Notes under the pieces: generated by a model
Databases searched by the model: none
The model's input: the letters and a program-made list of their open reading frames with translations, nothing else
What the model was told of the DNA's origin: nothing
Source: a virus
Taxonomy: Duplodnaviria; Caudoviricetes
Length of the DNA stretch: 64,000 nucleotides
Virus record (IMG/VR): IMGVR_UViG_3300028888_000047
Location: 1-64,000 of that record
Reading direction: 5' to 3' (one strand)
Translations under genes and position numbers: made by a program
Part shown: piece by piece, positions 1-10,596 of the stretch
How the letters are laid out: each line of letters starts with the position of its first letter
Numbering within the stretch: the first letter of the stretch is position 1

Positions 1-2
1 AA

Positions 3-188
3 AAACATTACACTTTGAAAGACAGACTTAATCTTAAAAAATCAAAGGAAATGTTTGTACTCTATCAAAAACGCTATAATCCAACAAACGATGTTGAAAA
101 AGCCATAAGGTTATGGAACGGTGGATGTGGATATAGCATAGCTAAAACTGAAAAATATTATAGAAAGGTTTTAGCTTACTTAAAATGA
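3..188 (+). CDS. C-terminal fragment of a lysozyme/transglycosylase-like protein (5'-truncated by window)
   Basis: Open frame ...KAIRLWNGGCG...YYRKVLAYLK*; the RxWNGG motif is typical of lysozyme-fold enzymes. Confidence 0.55.
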   Translation, partial: KHYTLKDRLNLKKSKEMFVLYQKRYNPTNDVEKAIRLWNGGCGYSIAKTEKYYRKVLAYLK

Positions 189-337
189 AAAAAGTTTTGA
201 AAAATAATTAATACAGAAAAGGTTGTAGTTTCTTTCTACAACCTTTATTTTTGGCAATTATATAGGGTTTGACCCCAATAAATGATTAATGCGGTCAAAA
301 ATGGCTGCATTTTTTATAAACAAGTATGTTGTTCCCA

Positions 338-901
338 TTAATATTCATCTTTTACAGCAATGAATCTCTTTTTAATATATGGTATTTCGCTGTTATAAAG
401 TGTTTCAAACCAATAATTTCCTTCTTCATCAGTTCCACTACCACAATATGGTTTAACTTCTAATTCCATTGCAGTTACATCATCAAACGTTGCATCACAT
501 TCAATCATACGCCAAGGTCTATGTTCTTCTGGGTGTCTCTCATCGATACATACCTCATAAATAGTATACAATTGCATGCCCCTATTTCTTCTTTGTGGCC
601 TCTCAATTGGATTTTCCATGAAGTCATTTTCTTCATCTGCATAAGCAGCATCCATTTCTTCTGGAGATAACCTCATCATAGTAGCAGTATTATTTGACTT
701 TAATGGTCCATTATATTTTTCTTTACCTTTATCAATTGCCGTTGCAGTGTCCATCCACTTTCCATCATATTTACCATATCCTTTGCGTCTATCAAAATTT
801 GGTATTTTATCAATAACATTTATTTCATTTATTATTCTATTCACAGACTCTTTCACGATTTTATGTAAGTCTGATTCTGTTAATCTAATCACTTGTTTCA
901 T
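338..901 (-). CDS. Hypothetical protein with N-terminal IRLTESDLHxIVKESV motif
   Basis: 187-aa ORF; motif shared with other ORFs in the window. Confidence 0.8.
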   Translation of the reverse strand: MKQVIRLTESDLHKIVKESVNRIINEINVIDKIPNFDRRKGYGKYDGKWMDTATAIDKGKEKYNGPLKSNNTATMMRLSPEEMDAAYADEENDFMENPIERPQRRNRGMQLYTIYEVCIDERHPEEHRPWRMIECDATFDDVTAMELEVKPYCGSGTDEEGNYWFETLYNSEIPYIKKRFIAVKDEY

Positions 902-913
902 ATATGTACTTAT

Positions 914-1264
914 TTAATCTTCATCATTTATATCAACACCATACTTTTTCTTATAGTCTTGCTTAAATCTTTCTTCACCACCGGAAGCTTTCCATTTCTT
1001 CTCAAATTCTTTAGAAGCACTTGAATCCTTACTCTTAGTGTGTTTATTAAATTCACTTCTTCTATCTTTTTTATCAGGATGCTCTGCTTTAAGTTCACTA
1101 TTCCATTTTCTATTGAGTTTTTCACCATCATCATCATTTTCATATTTGCCTGATGACCATTTATCATAGCTATCTTTCCATCCTTCTTTCAATATTCTAT
1201 CTACAGATTCTCTTATCATTCTGTGTAAATCTGACTCTGTTAATCTTATTATTTGTTTTGCCAT
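914..1264 (-). CDS. Hypothetical protein with LTESDL motif (start moved to MAKQIIRLTESDL)
   Basis: Motif alignment with paralogues places the ATG at 1264. Confidence 0.8.
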   Translation of the reverse strand: MAKQIIRLTESDLHRMIRESVDRILKEGWKDSYDKWSSGKYENDDDGEKLNRKWNSELKAEHPDKKDRRSEFNKHTKSKDSSASKEFEKKWKASGGEERFKQDYKKKYGVDINDED

Positions 1265-1282
1265 AATTATTTTATTTTTTAA

Positions 1283-1294
1283 ATAAATATTTAT
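1283..1294. promoter_or_regulatory. Overlapping ATATTTAT boxes on both strands between divergent genes (putative late promoter)
   Basis: ATAAATATTTAT; the same box precedes other LTESDL genes (14611-14618 reverse, ~41217). Confidence 0.4.
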
Positions 1295-1313
1295 ATTTAA
1301 ATAAAAAGTTATT

Positions 1314-2051
1314 ATGAAAAAATATATTCTTGATTTTATTTGCAAGCTTGAAGGTTTTAAAACTGCGATAAAACAGTTACATTGGGATAGTTCTTCATTG
1401 CCACAGCATCAATTATGTGATGATATTGCAACAACAATATCAGATTACCAAGACAAAGTGGCTGAGGTTGAACAATCAATTTCAGGCAAATTACCTGTCA
1501 ACAATCTTAAAGGAACACCGTATAAAGTAACAAATCTTAAAAAGTTTGTTGAAGATGTAATTAGTGCCACAAACTCATTTTATTCTAAGCTAAAAAAGGA
1601 AGGGAATAACTACATAGGTATGAGAAGCGATACAGAGGCTGTTTTAAGCGATTTACAGCGCGAATTATACCTTGTTGACTTCACTATTAAGGAAGAACTA
1701 AAAAAACGCCTCAGAGACAAAATAAACGAGAATAGGGTGAAGGTATCAAACGGTAAAGAAACTTATTCATTAACTGAAAATGAACTTAGAGAATTTGTGT
1801 CTGAAGCCATAAATAATGTTAAAAATAAACTCAATGAACATAATCTTAACAAGGATATGGCAAGACACGAATTGGATTTATATCTTGAATCGTTAAAGGA
1901 TTTTGGAACAAAAACACATCATTTGTGTAGCCTTATGATGGAAACTGGATATAAAAGGGCGTCATACTTCCTTGCTGCAATATTAAAAGAAGTCAATGCA
2001 ACAATTAACTATATTGAAAATGAAGAAGTGATAAATATAAATGAACAATGA
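1314..2051 (+). CDS. Ferritin/Dps-like four-helix protein with internal LTENEL repeat
   Basis: LHW...HQLCDD...DKVAE resembles the Dps ferroxidase spacing. Confidence 0.5.
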   Translation: MKKYILDFICKLEGFKTAIKQLHWDSSSLPQHQLCDDIATTISDYQDKVAEVEQSISGKLPVNNLKGTPYKVTNLKKFVEDVISATNSFYSKLKKEGNNYIGMRSDTEAVLSDLQRELYLVDFTIKEELKKRLRDKINENRVKVSNGKETYSLTENELREFVSEAINNVKNKLNEHNLNKDMARHELDLYLESLKDFGTKTHHLCSLMMETGYKRASYFLAAILKEVNATINYIENEEVININEQ

Positions 2052-3001
2052 AAGCAGAAATAAAAATTGCCACTTATAATATAGATGGTCTTCCTGATTA
2101 TTTGGATTTAAATGACCTTCCTTGGATATTAAAACCAATTTCTTGGATTTACAAGTTAATTAAGAAAACCACAATTATTAAAATTAATGACGATTCAGAT
2201 ACTCCAGAAAAAATAAAAAAAATAGGAAAAGTATTATTGGATTCTGATTCAGATATTATTGGCGTTCAAGAAGACTTCAATTACCATAGTGAACTTATGG
2301 AATCTTTATCAGAAAACTATAATTGTGGAACATATTCAGGCGGATTTGATTTAAAAAATCTTTTCAAAAGTACTGAATGGAAAACAATGTTTCCACTTCC
2401 AAGATTTAAAGCTGATGGCATTAATATAATCAATAAGAAAAGCAGAATAAATGTAATTAAAGAAGAAATAATAAGTTGGAATGATGGATATGGTTATTTC
2501 AACCATGCAAACGATTTATTGACACACAAGGGCTTTAGATATTATTCATTGATTATAGATGGAGAATATAAATTAGACGTATACGTATTACATATGGATG
2601 CTGATTTTTATAATGAAACAACTTGTCCGGACGTGTCTGGAGATATTGAAGCAAGAAAATTGGAACTAAAACAATTAACAAATTTCATATTAGATAAAGC
2701 TGACAATGGAGCAAATACGCCTTCAATAATTATCGGCGACACTAATAGTTCAAATGATTATTATTGGGATGTAAATAATATTAATTATAATTTATTATAT
2801 CCGATAAACGCTTCAGCACATTTATCAATTAAAGAAGCTGTTCCTGATAATTATATGAATGTAGATAGAATTTTTTATATTAACAACTCACATTCAAACT
2901 ATGATGTTCAACTAATAGAATGCTATTTTGATTTAGACATTGAACGTTTATCAGACCATAAGCCTTTATACGCAAAATTTGAAATAACAAAAAAGAGCTG
3001 A
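2048..3001 (+). CDS. Endonuclease/exonuclease/phosphatase (EEP) family hydrolase
   Basis: ATYNI, DIIGVQE, GDTN, DRIF and SDH motifs. Confidence 0.85.
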   Translation: MKAEIKIATYNIDGLPDYLDLNDLPWILKPISWIYKLIKKTTIIKINDDSDTPEKIKKIGKVLLDSDSDIIGVQEDFNYHSELMESLSENYNCGTYSGGFDLKNLFKSTEWKTMFPLPRFKADGINIINKKSRINVIKEEIISWNDGYGYFNHANDLLTHKGFRYYSLIIDGEYKLDVYVLHMDADFYNETTCPDVSGDIEARKLELKQLTNFILDKADNGANTPSIIIGDTNSSNDYYWDVNNINYNLLYPINASAHLSIKEAVPDNYMNVDRIFYINNSHSNYDVQLIECYFDLDIERLSDHKPLYAKFEITKKS

Positions 3002-3173
3002 GTTCATTTCTCAGCTCTTTCTTTTTATCTTTCCTATTGTATTTACTCTTGTTTTTGAACACACGATTTACAGCAACCCATTTTCCTTGATTGCGTTCCA
3101 ATTCTTCATCACGGCTTATCATTCTCAGAATCTTGTATTGTTCCGTGCTTTTCGTCGGTTTTGACTTTTTCAT
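2880..3173 (-). CDS. Small basic protein, candidate ArfA/BrfA-like ribosome-rescue factor
   Basis: KNKSKYNRK motif; intrinsic terminator inside the ORF before the stop. Confidence 0.45.
   Translation of the reverse strand: MKKSKPTKSTEQYKILRMISRDEELERNQGKWVAVNRVFKNKSKYNRKDKKKELRNELSSFLLFQILRIKAYGLINVQCLNQNSILLVEHHSLNVSC
2989..3026. terminator. Bidirectional intrinsic terminator
   Basis: GAGCTGAG-7nt-CTCAGCTC stem flanked by an A tract and a T tract. Confidence 0.8.
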
Positions 3174-3909
3174 TTTTTATCCTCCTCAATTTGTTTTTAT
3201 CATTTAGAATAAACGCAGTTCTACTATCAATACAAGCAAAATCTTTCATAGAAACTATTGACCCATGCTTCAACCTTGAATGACCAAATATTTGAAACAC
3301 ATTATCAACGCCAAGCCCTCCTTGTGAAATAAATTCTCTTAAATCGCACCACACAGGACTACCAGTTTTTTCGCCAAACCATGTTCTCTCTCTGCCTATT
3401 GCGCAAAGTTTACCAACACCTTTCGCTGTCTCTTCAAGATTATTTATTGTCTCTTCTATATTATCATCAAATGTTACATCATGATTTTCTAACCAAAATT
3501 TAGTTATTCCTGCGTGAGTAAATATTATTCTTTTACCATTATTTTCAATACAATAACACGTCTGAAACAATTTGTAATTATCACCATTGAATAGTTCTGT
3601 TAAATGATTATGATGTAATTTATCATATCTGGTTGACCTTGCATAATCATCAAATTGTTTATTACGATAGTGGTAATCGTGATTGCCAAGTAATAAAACT
3701 ATTTTATCTGGATTTTGCTTTTTTAATTCAATAATCTCAATAAAATTGTTTAACGTTTGTTCCCACTCTATTGGCTCTGTGGTTTCATCATTATATGGGT
3801 CGCAATAATCGCCTAGAAATACTATTTTATCAACTTTATTAAAATATTTCTCTGATGGTGCTTTCCAAAATATGCGGCCATGTATGTCTGGAATTACTAA
3901 TATTTTCAT
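3109..3909 (-). CDS. Calcineurin-like metallophosphoesterase
   Basis: DIHG, GDYxD, GNHD, HAG and GHS motifs. Confidence 0.9.
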   Translation of the reverse strand: MKILVIPDIHGRIFWKAPSEKYFNKVDKIVFLGDYCDPYNDETTEPIEWEQTLNNFIEIIELKKQNPDKIVLLLGNHDYHYRNKQFDDYARSTRYDKLHHNHLTELFNGDNYKLFQTCYCIENNGKRIIFTHAGITKFWLENHDVTFDDNIEETINNLEETAKGVGKLCAIGRERTWFGEKTGSPVWCDLREFISQGGLGVDNVFQIFGHSRLKHGSIVSMKDFACIDSRTAFILNDKNKLRRIKNEKVKTDEKHGTIQDSENDKP

Positions 3910-4247
3910 AATAACCTTGTTTTACTATATATCTTATCTTCTTCAAATGCCCATTCAGTCCATAAAGAATAAATATCATCCCATAATTCCCCATCAGGAA
4001 ACATCAATCTTGAAAGTGCTTTATAATTTCTCCTAATGAATTTTTTAAACGTTAGTTCTTTTTCCTCAGGAAATGGTAAATCATCAACATAATATTCTTC
4101 AACCATATATGGCTTAATGCCGTTGATATAGGCAGAATAATAGCCAAATTCCTTCAAAAATCTGAATAAGCATCTTCTAAGCTGGTCATATCCTATGAAT
4201 TCTTTATAATCTTTGGTATAATTAAACCTACTATTTCTAAGTTTCAT
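3906..4247 (-). CDS. Hypothetical protein
   Basis: 113-aa ORF overlapping neighbours in an operon. Confidence 0.65.
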   Translation of the reverse strand: MKLRNSRFNYTKDYKEFIGYDQLRRCLFRFLKEFGYYSAYINGIKPYMVEEYYVDDLPFPEEKELTFKKFIRRNYKALSRLMFPDGELWDDIYSLWTEWAFEEDKIYSKTRLL

Positions 4248-4902
4248 TGTCTTTATTTGCTATTATAACGTCATAACAATTGACGTTATTTTTAACCTGA
4301 TACTCTATTTTTTCTTTTACTTCTTTCCATGAAATTGGAGTAAAATTATTCATATCAACGCCAACATCATATTGTGTTGGATAAAGATATTTCATTCTTG
4401 GAATATCTTTTCCTCCCAGTGAACTTGGTCCAAGATGGATATGTCCATGCAACGCCCATACTTGGTCTTCAGGCTCTCTATAAATACCAGAATAGCACAA
4501 AAATGGATAATGATTTAAATAAACAGGTCTACCTTCTATTCTAAGATACATCTGCTGAGTTACAAAATCAAATAACTCCTTTTCTGCTGTTGGCGTGAGA
4601 TTTTTCCGGTCATGATTACCCATTATTAACACAATGCGGCCATTTAATCTGTCACGAACTTCTTTCCATTTATTAAACCCTCCCCATGCAAAATCACCAA
4701 GATGAAAAACAACTGAATCTTTATTAACAACTGAATTCCAATTATTTATCATCACTTCATTCATTTCATTTTCATCTTTAAATGGTCTATTACAAGAACC
4801 AATTATATTAAAATGGAAAAAATGAGAATCACTAGTCAGATATACATTTGATGCATCATCTATTTTAAAATCGTATTTTTTACTATCGTTTCCCATATAC
4901 AA
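4237..4902 (-). CDS. Calcineurin-like metallophosphoesterase
   Basis: SDSHF, HLGD, GNHD, HYP, HGHIH and DVGVD motifs. Confidence 0.9.
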   Translation of the reverse strand: MYMGNDSKKYDFKIDDASNVYLTSDSHFFHFNIIGSCNRPFKDENEMNEVMINNWNSVVNKDSVVFHLGDFAWGGFNKWKEVRDRLNGRIVLIMGNHDRKNLTPTAEKELFDFVTQQMYLRIEGRPVYLNHYPFLCYSGIYREPEDQVWALHGHIHLGPSSLGGKDIPRMKYLYPTQYDVGVDMNNFTPISWKEVKEKIEYQVKNNVNCYDVIIANKDNET

Positions 4903-4954
4903 TCACTTTACTATAAAGATACAAAAAATATTTGTAAAACACAAATATTTTAAG

Positions 4955-5827
4955 TTAAATATTGTTAATACACATCTTTAAATCTTCTACAACTATTGGA
5001 TTCTTAACCAACTCATGCGTACCATCTTTATATTCAATATCAATACTGTTATCATCAAATTGTTTAATATCTGATATTAGGGAACAAACAAATTCTCTTT
5101 CCTCATAACTAAACAAATACGGTGATATTTCTAATAATTCTAAAACGCATAATGGCTCAGATAATTCTCCATAAAGATTAATTACACTCTTATCGCCAAT
5201 GCATTTATTTCTAGTTGCTAACGATTTCTCATAATTATTGAAAAACGTTTCCCACCTGAAAGTAAATAACTCAAGACTAGAATCATTTATTATTAGTCTA
5301 TTTCCAAAGTCTTTCCAAGTAAGACTTGTTTCAGACTCATGATTTGATACATTATCAATTCTTGGTCTAATAACAAACCAACAATCACCTCCCAACTCCT
5401 TTACCAAATCAAGTTCATTTGGAAACCTAACATCATCTATCACATAGTTTTTAGATGGGCTAATCATTTCACGTATTCTATTAACGTGCCAATTGGTATT
5501 GTATTTCCTTATTAAATCAGTTCCAATAAATTGCAGCATGTGCCTGGCATCTTTGATAACAACACCATCACATGTTTTATTGACAATATCTAACGGTATT
5601 TCCGTTTTTTCAGAAATTAATTTACATAAATCATTTCCAACAACAATGCCAATTTCAGTTTTATCTGCTTTTAACTTATTTAACTCATCTATGGAAATAT
5701 CTAATAAATCAGCACATAGTTGTTTTAATGGTAGAGCAAAATATAATTTCTCATACCCATATTTTTCACATATGTTGGCCAACTCCGTTTTACCACTTCT
5801 CATTCGGCCTGAAAATCCCAATATCAT
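4955..5827 (-). CDS. Deoxynucleoside monophosphate kinase-like
   Basis: P-loop GRMRSGKT, FALPLK, LQFIGTD, DDVRFPNE, HESE. Confidence 0.85.
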   Translation of the reverse strand: MILGFSGRMRSGKTELANICEKYGYEKLYFALPLKQLCADLLDISIDELNKLKADKTEIGIVVGNDLCKLISEKTEIPLDIVNKTCDGVVIKDARHMLQFIGTDLIRKYNTNWHVNRIREMISPSKNYVIDDVRFPNELDLVKELGGDCWFVIRPRIDNVSNHESETSLTWKDFGNRLIINDSSLELFTFRWETFFNNYEKSLATRNKCIGDKSVINLYGELSEPLCVLELLEISPYLFSYEEREFVCSLISDIKQFDDNSIDIEYKDGTHELVKNPIVVEDLKMCINNI

Positions 5828-7605
5828 CTTTTAATAAAACGTCTTTTAAAAATGTCATTAAACCCAACACCTGAACTATTATTATTCATCATTGGTATTA
5901 CCTTATATTCCTCCTTTGGCTTGTCTATTTTAGTTGCATGTCTAATTATATCATTGGCAATGAATTCGTTGTTTATTTCAATCTTTCTTTTATCTTTCTT
6001 AAGAACATAATTAACTTGACTTTCTATCTTCTTTAAACTACTAACTGTTTCAGAAACTTTTTTGTTGAACGCATCGAATTCCTTTTCATCAATAAAACCA
6101 AGTACATTTTTTGCCCTTGTATAAGCGACATACATCAAATTATATTCCTGTCTTATTTCCCAATCTTTTTTAGCCTTACTACTTGGCATTAAGCTCTTAC
6201 AAGCAATATAAACATTATCAGCCTCTAAACCCTTTGCCTTATGAATTGTGGAAAGAGAAATACCACCCTTCTTTCTATCAGAAAATATATTGCTTATTTT
6301 CTCTATTAATTCAGTTGCTGTGTTAATATCATCAGAAAGAATTTCCAAAGCCTTAATCATATCAAGCCTATTTGATATTGCAGCAGAATCAACAGCATCA
6401 GCATATGTTACATTGTACTTACATACTATTTCATTTATCATATCAAATAATGTGTCATACAATCTAACGAATACACCATCTTCTTGCAAACTTTTATTAA
6501 GCACTTCAATACCAGTTCTCTTAACCATATTTTTAAGGTTTAATCCAATATCTTTTCCCCTTATAAAACATTTTTTGCCTTGCTTAATAAAATCAACATA
6601 TACTTGCATTAATGGGGCATTATTTCTGCATAATACCATATCACCATCTTGTATTACATCAAGACCAACATCATATTTAATTTCACCTTCTCTACCATCA
6701 TTATTTGGCTCAATGGTAGGAACAATCTTCTGAGCAAAAACAACAATGTTCTTTGCGCATCTATAAGATATTGATAATGGTAAAGATGTTGTGTTTGGTA
6801 GTTCTTTTAGCATCTTAAACGATTCCGGGTCACTGCTTGCAAAACTATATAGCGCTTGCTCAGAATCGCCAAAGAAAAGCATTCTTGTGTTAATTTTCCT
6901 ACACTTCAATATAATTTCACGCTGACACACTGAAAGGTCTTGAGCCTCATCCAATATAATCCAATCATACAACATTCCATATGGCTTGCAATAAAGGACG
7001 TTTGGAAGCCATATCATATCAGTATAATCAATCTGTGAAAGGTTTTTCTTACCATAGTCAAGAATATCTAAGGCAACTTCCTTTTCATCAGCTATAGATA
7101 CTATATCATACCTATCCTCGATAAACTCCAAATCTTTTACTGTTTCACAAAGATAACACCTACCAAAATTAATAAATGCTTCAATATTTGACATATACCT
7201 AGCAAAATCCCTTTTACTTAGCTCATATGTGTTAATTGAAGATAAAGATTTTATATTTGTGTTAAGATATGATTTGTACTTAAATTCATCAAGAATCAAT
7301 TCTTCTTTTGGGAAATTACGTTGAAGCATTTGTAATCCTAATCCATGAAGTGTTGAAATGGTTACATTTGGTCTATCTTTTGCTTTTTTCTTTAACTCTG
7401 TAACTATATCACGATTAAACGCTGTAAGTAATATGCTTTTATCTTCAGGTATTTCTTCTATACACTTCATTATGGTATAACTTTTACCTGTGCCTGCATT
7501 TGCTTCAACAACTAAATTGCCATTTCCATTCTTTACAAAATCAATAATTGCCAATTGATAATTGCTTAAAACATAATCATCATACTTGTTCTTTTTCTTA
7601 GCCAT
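5824..7605 (-). CDS. UvrD/Rep-like superfamily 1 helicase
   Basis: ANAGTGKS, DEAQD, GDSEQ, SYRC, STIHKAKGLE, YVAYTRAK. Confidence 0.92.
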   Translation of the reverse strand: MAKKKNKYDDYVLSNYQLAIIDFVKNGNGNLVVEANAGTGKSYTIMKCIEEIPEDKSILLTAFNRDIVTELKKKAKDRPNVTISTLHGLGLQMLQRNFPKEELILDEFKYKSYLNTNIKSLSSINTYELSKRDFARYMSNIEAFINFGRCYLCETVKDLEFIEDRYDIVSIADEKEVALDILDYGKKNLSQIDYTDMIWLPNVLYCKPYGMLYDWIILDEAQDLSVCQREIILKCRKINTRMLFFGDSEQALYSFASSDPESFKMLKELPNTTSLPLSISYRCAKNIVVFAQKIVPTIEPNNDGREGEIKYDVGLDVIQDGDMVLCRNNAPLMQVYVDFIKQGKKCFIRGKDIGLNLKNMVKRTGIEVLNKSLQEDGVFVRLYDTLFDMINEIVCKYNVTYADAVDSAAISNRLDMIKALEILSDDINTATELIEKISNIFSDRKKGGISLSTIHKAKGLEADNVYIACKSLMPSSKAKKDWEIRQEYNLMYVAYTRAKNVLGFIDEKEFDAFNKKVSETVSSLKKIESQVNYVLKKDKRKIEINNEFIANDIIRHATKIDKPKEEYKVIPMMNNNSSGVGFNDIFKRRFIKR

Positions 7606-7982
7606 TATCCTACATAATATTCTTGGACTTCATAACCGTCCTTATTTATTTGTTCAGCAATACCTAAAAAATAATCCCCATGCTCTCCATCAATGTCATA
7701 ATTCATATAATAACCATAATAATGAATCATTTCATGAAGCATAATATCATCCAATATCTTACTATTCTTTATAAGACGCTTGGAAAAATAAATCTTGAGA
7801 TTCACTAACTCTGTTGCATACTCCTTTCCATCTTCATAATCGGTATAATACCTACATTTGAATTCGCCTGCCGTCCATTTACTGCCACCAATTACAAACT
7901 TAGGTTCTACCAAATAACCATTAAAATACTTCTCGTTAAACTTCTTAAAACGCTTTTTAAGTACCTTTTTAGATAATCTCAT
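7605..7982 (-). CDS. SprT-like zinc metalloprotease domain protein
   Basis: FNxxYF...HEMIH...HG..F. Confidence 0.75.
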   Translation of the reverse strand: MRLSKKVLKKRFKKFNEKYFNGYLVEPKFVIGGSKWTAGEFKCRYYTDYEDGKEYATELVNLKIYFSKRLIKNSKILDDIMLHEMIHYYGYYMNYDIDGEHGDYFLGIAEQINKDGYEVQEYYVG

Positions 7983-8144
7983 TATTTTTTATATATTTTA
8001 GTTAAACATAACTTTCTACAAATATACAAAAAAAATGTTAAAAAAAGAAGCCAAAAAGCAAAAAAATAAGCACACCTTTGCAGATGTGCTTATCAATTAG
8101 ATAAGTAAATACTTGTTTACTATTTCATTATTATGAATAGCCAA

Positions 8145-9020
8145 TTAACGACGAGGCATAAAACGCTCGATGGCATCCCTAAGAGCAGGATTATGCTCTG
8201 CCTCACGTGCTACGTTACCAAGCATTTCGAGGAACTGATTAAGGGTGTTACCACCACCATTCACGTTAGCCTCTTGCTGCTGTGGCTGCGCTTGAGGCGA
8301 AGCCTCTGCTGCTTCAGTGCGCTCACGCATAATGCGCTCCTTATTTGCTACAAATGCAGCCAACTGCTCATGTGTTGAAGCATTTACGTCGATTTCGCCA
8401 TCCCAAATGTTGGTGCGAATAATGTTAATCAACTGGTCAACACTAAGCTTTGAATAAGGATTATCTTCCTCAGCCTGTGGGCGCTGTGTTGCAGGTCTGC
8501 GATGTGCAACAGTAGCCTTCTTTACGAAACGACCACGTGAATCACGAACTGGGCCATTTGTTTCCATAGGAACTTCCTGCATATTGTCTGCTGCGCGTTC
8601 CTCACGCTGACGAGGACGTGGAGTTGGGCCAAAACCAGGCATCATACCAGGATGCCAACCAGGAGGAGGTGGCAACGGACGGCCATTCTCATCTACTGGA
8701 ATGCCACCAGGACCGGGGTATCCACCGCTGCGAGGCATACCCTTACCATATCCACCAAGAGGTGTGTTACGTACAGGCTTAATCTCTACAGCCATATCAG
8801 TTGCAACAAGCAACTTACTAAGAGCATCTACGGTAATATTACCATTACCCTCAAGAATCTGACGCATTTCAGCATCCGTAATTCCCAATACATAAGCGAG
8901 GTCAGTTGGAGAAACATTCTGAGCCTTAAGAAACTCGTTAACAGCTCTACGAAGGTGAGACTTCAACTGAGCTGAATTGCTCTGTGCTACTTGAAGCAGC
9001 TCTTCTCTGTTTTTTACCAT
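8145..9020 (-). CDS. XRE-type HTH protein with Pro/Gly-rich linker
   Basis: N-terminal HTH pattern (LAYVLGIT...ILEGNGNITVDAL); RDSRGRF motif; higher-GC codons. Confidence 0.6.
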   Translation of the reverse strand: MVKNREELLQVAQSNSAQLKSHLRRAVNEFLKAQNVSPTDLAYVLGITDAEMRQILEGNGNITVDALSKLLVATDMAVEIKPVRNTPLGGYGKGMPRSGGYPGPGGIPVDENGRPLPPPPGWHPGMMPGFGPTPRPRQREERAADNMQEVPMETNGPVRDSRGRFVKKATVAHRRPATQRPQAEEDNPYSKLSVDQLINIIRTNIWDGEIDVNASTHEQLAAFVANKERIMRERTEAAEASPQAQPQQQEANVNGGGNTLNQFLEMLGNVAREAEHNPALRDAIERFMPRR

Positions 9021-9123
9021 TTTTTTTCTAAGTATTAAAATTAATAACTATTTTTCTAAATCACAATGCAAATATACACAAAAAATAATCCATAAAGAAA
9101 TTTTTTTAGTTAAAAAAAGTTAA

Positions 9124-10401
9124 TTAAGCAAATCCATAATATTTTTTCCTTATTTCAACCAATAAATCATTTACAAGATTGACATCAATCTCATCAGGAA
9201 TTTTAGAATTGGCAATTGCCTCATTGAGTTCGTTTTCCTCTTTGCTCACCAATTCCATAATTTCATCATATTCAAATTTATGATGCCTAATATCCATGAT
9301 AAGGTCTCTGTCACCGGCAATCCTTCTGTCAAGAATAATACCATCACCTTTTGCAATTTCCTTACCCATACGCATAAGTCTAACACAATGGTACATATTC
9401 TTTGAGTCGTAATTCTTATTCAAATTACTTTCATACCTTCTAGGATTTCTCTCTTTCTCCCAATCCTTATATTCCTTGTATAATCTACAATGAGCCTTAA
9501 ATCCACTCTCATTGTATGTCATCCAACAAAGTGGCTTTTCTCCCTTAGAAACAGAAGAGCCTCGCATATCAGTAGAGTTTTCAAGACACATTCCACGATA
9601 ATGCTTTACCTCCTTGTTATCATCGAACCACTTGTTAAAAGTCTCCCAGTTGGTTAATTCATACTTGAATACAATAAAGTGAGACAAACGTCCAAGTTCA
9701 TCGCCACTAACAGTCTCACTTGAGTACCCATTAAACAGCATTTCAGCAGTAATACCCTTAGCCTCGAAATGAGCACCCCAGTCATAATATACACCATATA
9801 CATCATGCATATTAGGAATATGAACAAGCCCACAGAAATCCTTTTCAAGTCCACGATTCCACAGCCAATCCTTTATCTTAGTGCTACCCTGGTTATAGAA
9901 AGTGTATGCAAAATCAAACGGAGTCAGCCTTTCATAAATAGGGTTAACAATTTTCTTATTTAATCCCCTAGCCTTTTTAATCTGTTCAATAGCATATTGA
10001 ATGAAAGGTCTGAAACACGCTTTTGTTACGAACTTATCTCTATTTGCAAATAAACCATCAAGACACTTATGAGGCTTAATAATCATCATGTCTTCAGGAA
10101 CAAATAAAGACTCAAGCACATTTGCATTCGATGACAATAACATACTCATGTACTTTCCAACTTCGTAAATCACATTGTCTGCCTTATCATCACCGATTTG
10201 TGACGAATAAAGGTCTATTACCCCTTTGTATCTATCACGGAATTGCTTATCGAACCCTAACCCAAACATTTCATCTGGCGTGGCAATGAATAAACCCTTA
10301 GTATCTACATCAGAGCCTTCTTCATTACAATGGTATAATGTACTGCCAGCGACATACTGATACAGTAGTCTATTTTCGCTTTTGATATTTTCTATTGTCA
10401 T
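9124..10401 (-). CDS. Pol-beta superfamily nucleotidyltransferase (RlaP/YcgL-like)
   Basis: GSTLY...SDVDTKG motif; C-terminal KNMYHCVRL. Confidence 0.8.
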   Translation of the reverse strand: MTIENIKSENRLLYQYVAGSTLYHCNEEGSDVDTKGLFIATPDEMFGLGFDKQFRDRYKGVIDLYSSQIGDDKADNVIYEVGKYMSMLLSSNANVLESLFVPEDMMIIKPHKCLDGLFANRDKFVTKACFRPFIQYAIEQIKKARGLNKKIVNPIYERLTPFDFAYTFYNQGSTKIKDWLWNRGLEKDFCGLVHIPNMHDVYGVYYDWGAHFEAKGITAEMLFNGYSSETVSGDELGRLSHFIVFKYELTNWETFNKWFDDNKEVKHYRGMCLENSTDMRGSSVSKGEKPLCWMTYNESGFKAHCRLYKEYKDWEKERNPRRYESNLNKNYDSKNMYHCVRLMRMGKEIAKGDGIILDRRIAGDRDLIMDIRHHKFEYDEIMELVSKEENELNEAIANSKIPDEIDVNLVNDLLVEIRKKYYGFA

Positions 10402-10594
10402 ATTTTCCTAATTTTTTTATACCATATTCTTTTGGTGATTGAACGAACATATTCCTTTCTATCGATTTAATGCCAGCAATGACCTTATCCTTTGCTTTTA
10501 GTGCTTTAACAATGTCATCGTTATATTCAGGTTTCAACACCTGTGACACGTTGGCAGCAATACAAAGCATAATTATTCTTCTACTTCTCTTCAT
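10370..10594 (-). CDS. Hypothetical protein
   Basis: ORF in tight operon. Confidence 0.55.
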   Translation of the reverse strand: MKRSRRIIMLCIAANVSQVLKPEYNDDIVKALKAKDKVIAGIKSIERNMFVQSPKEYGIKKLGKYDNRKYQKRK

Positions 10595-10596
10595 AT

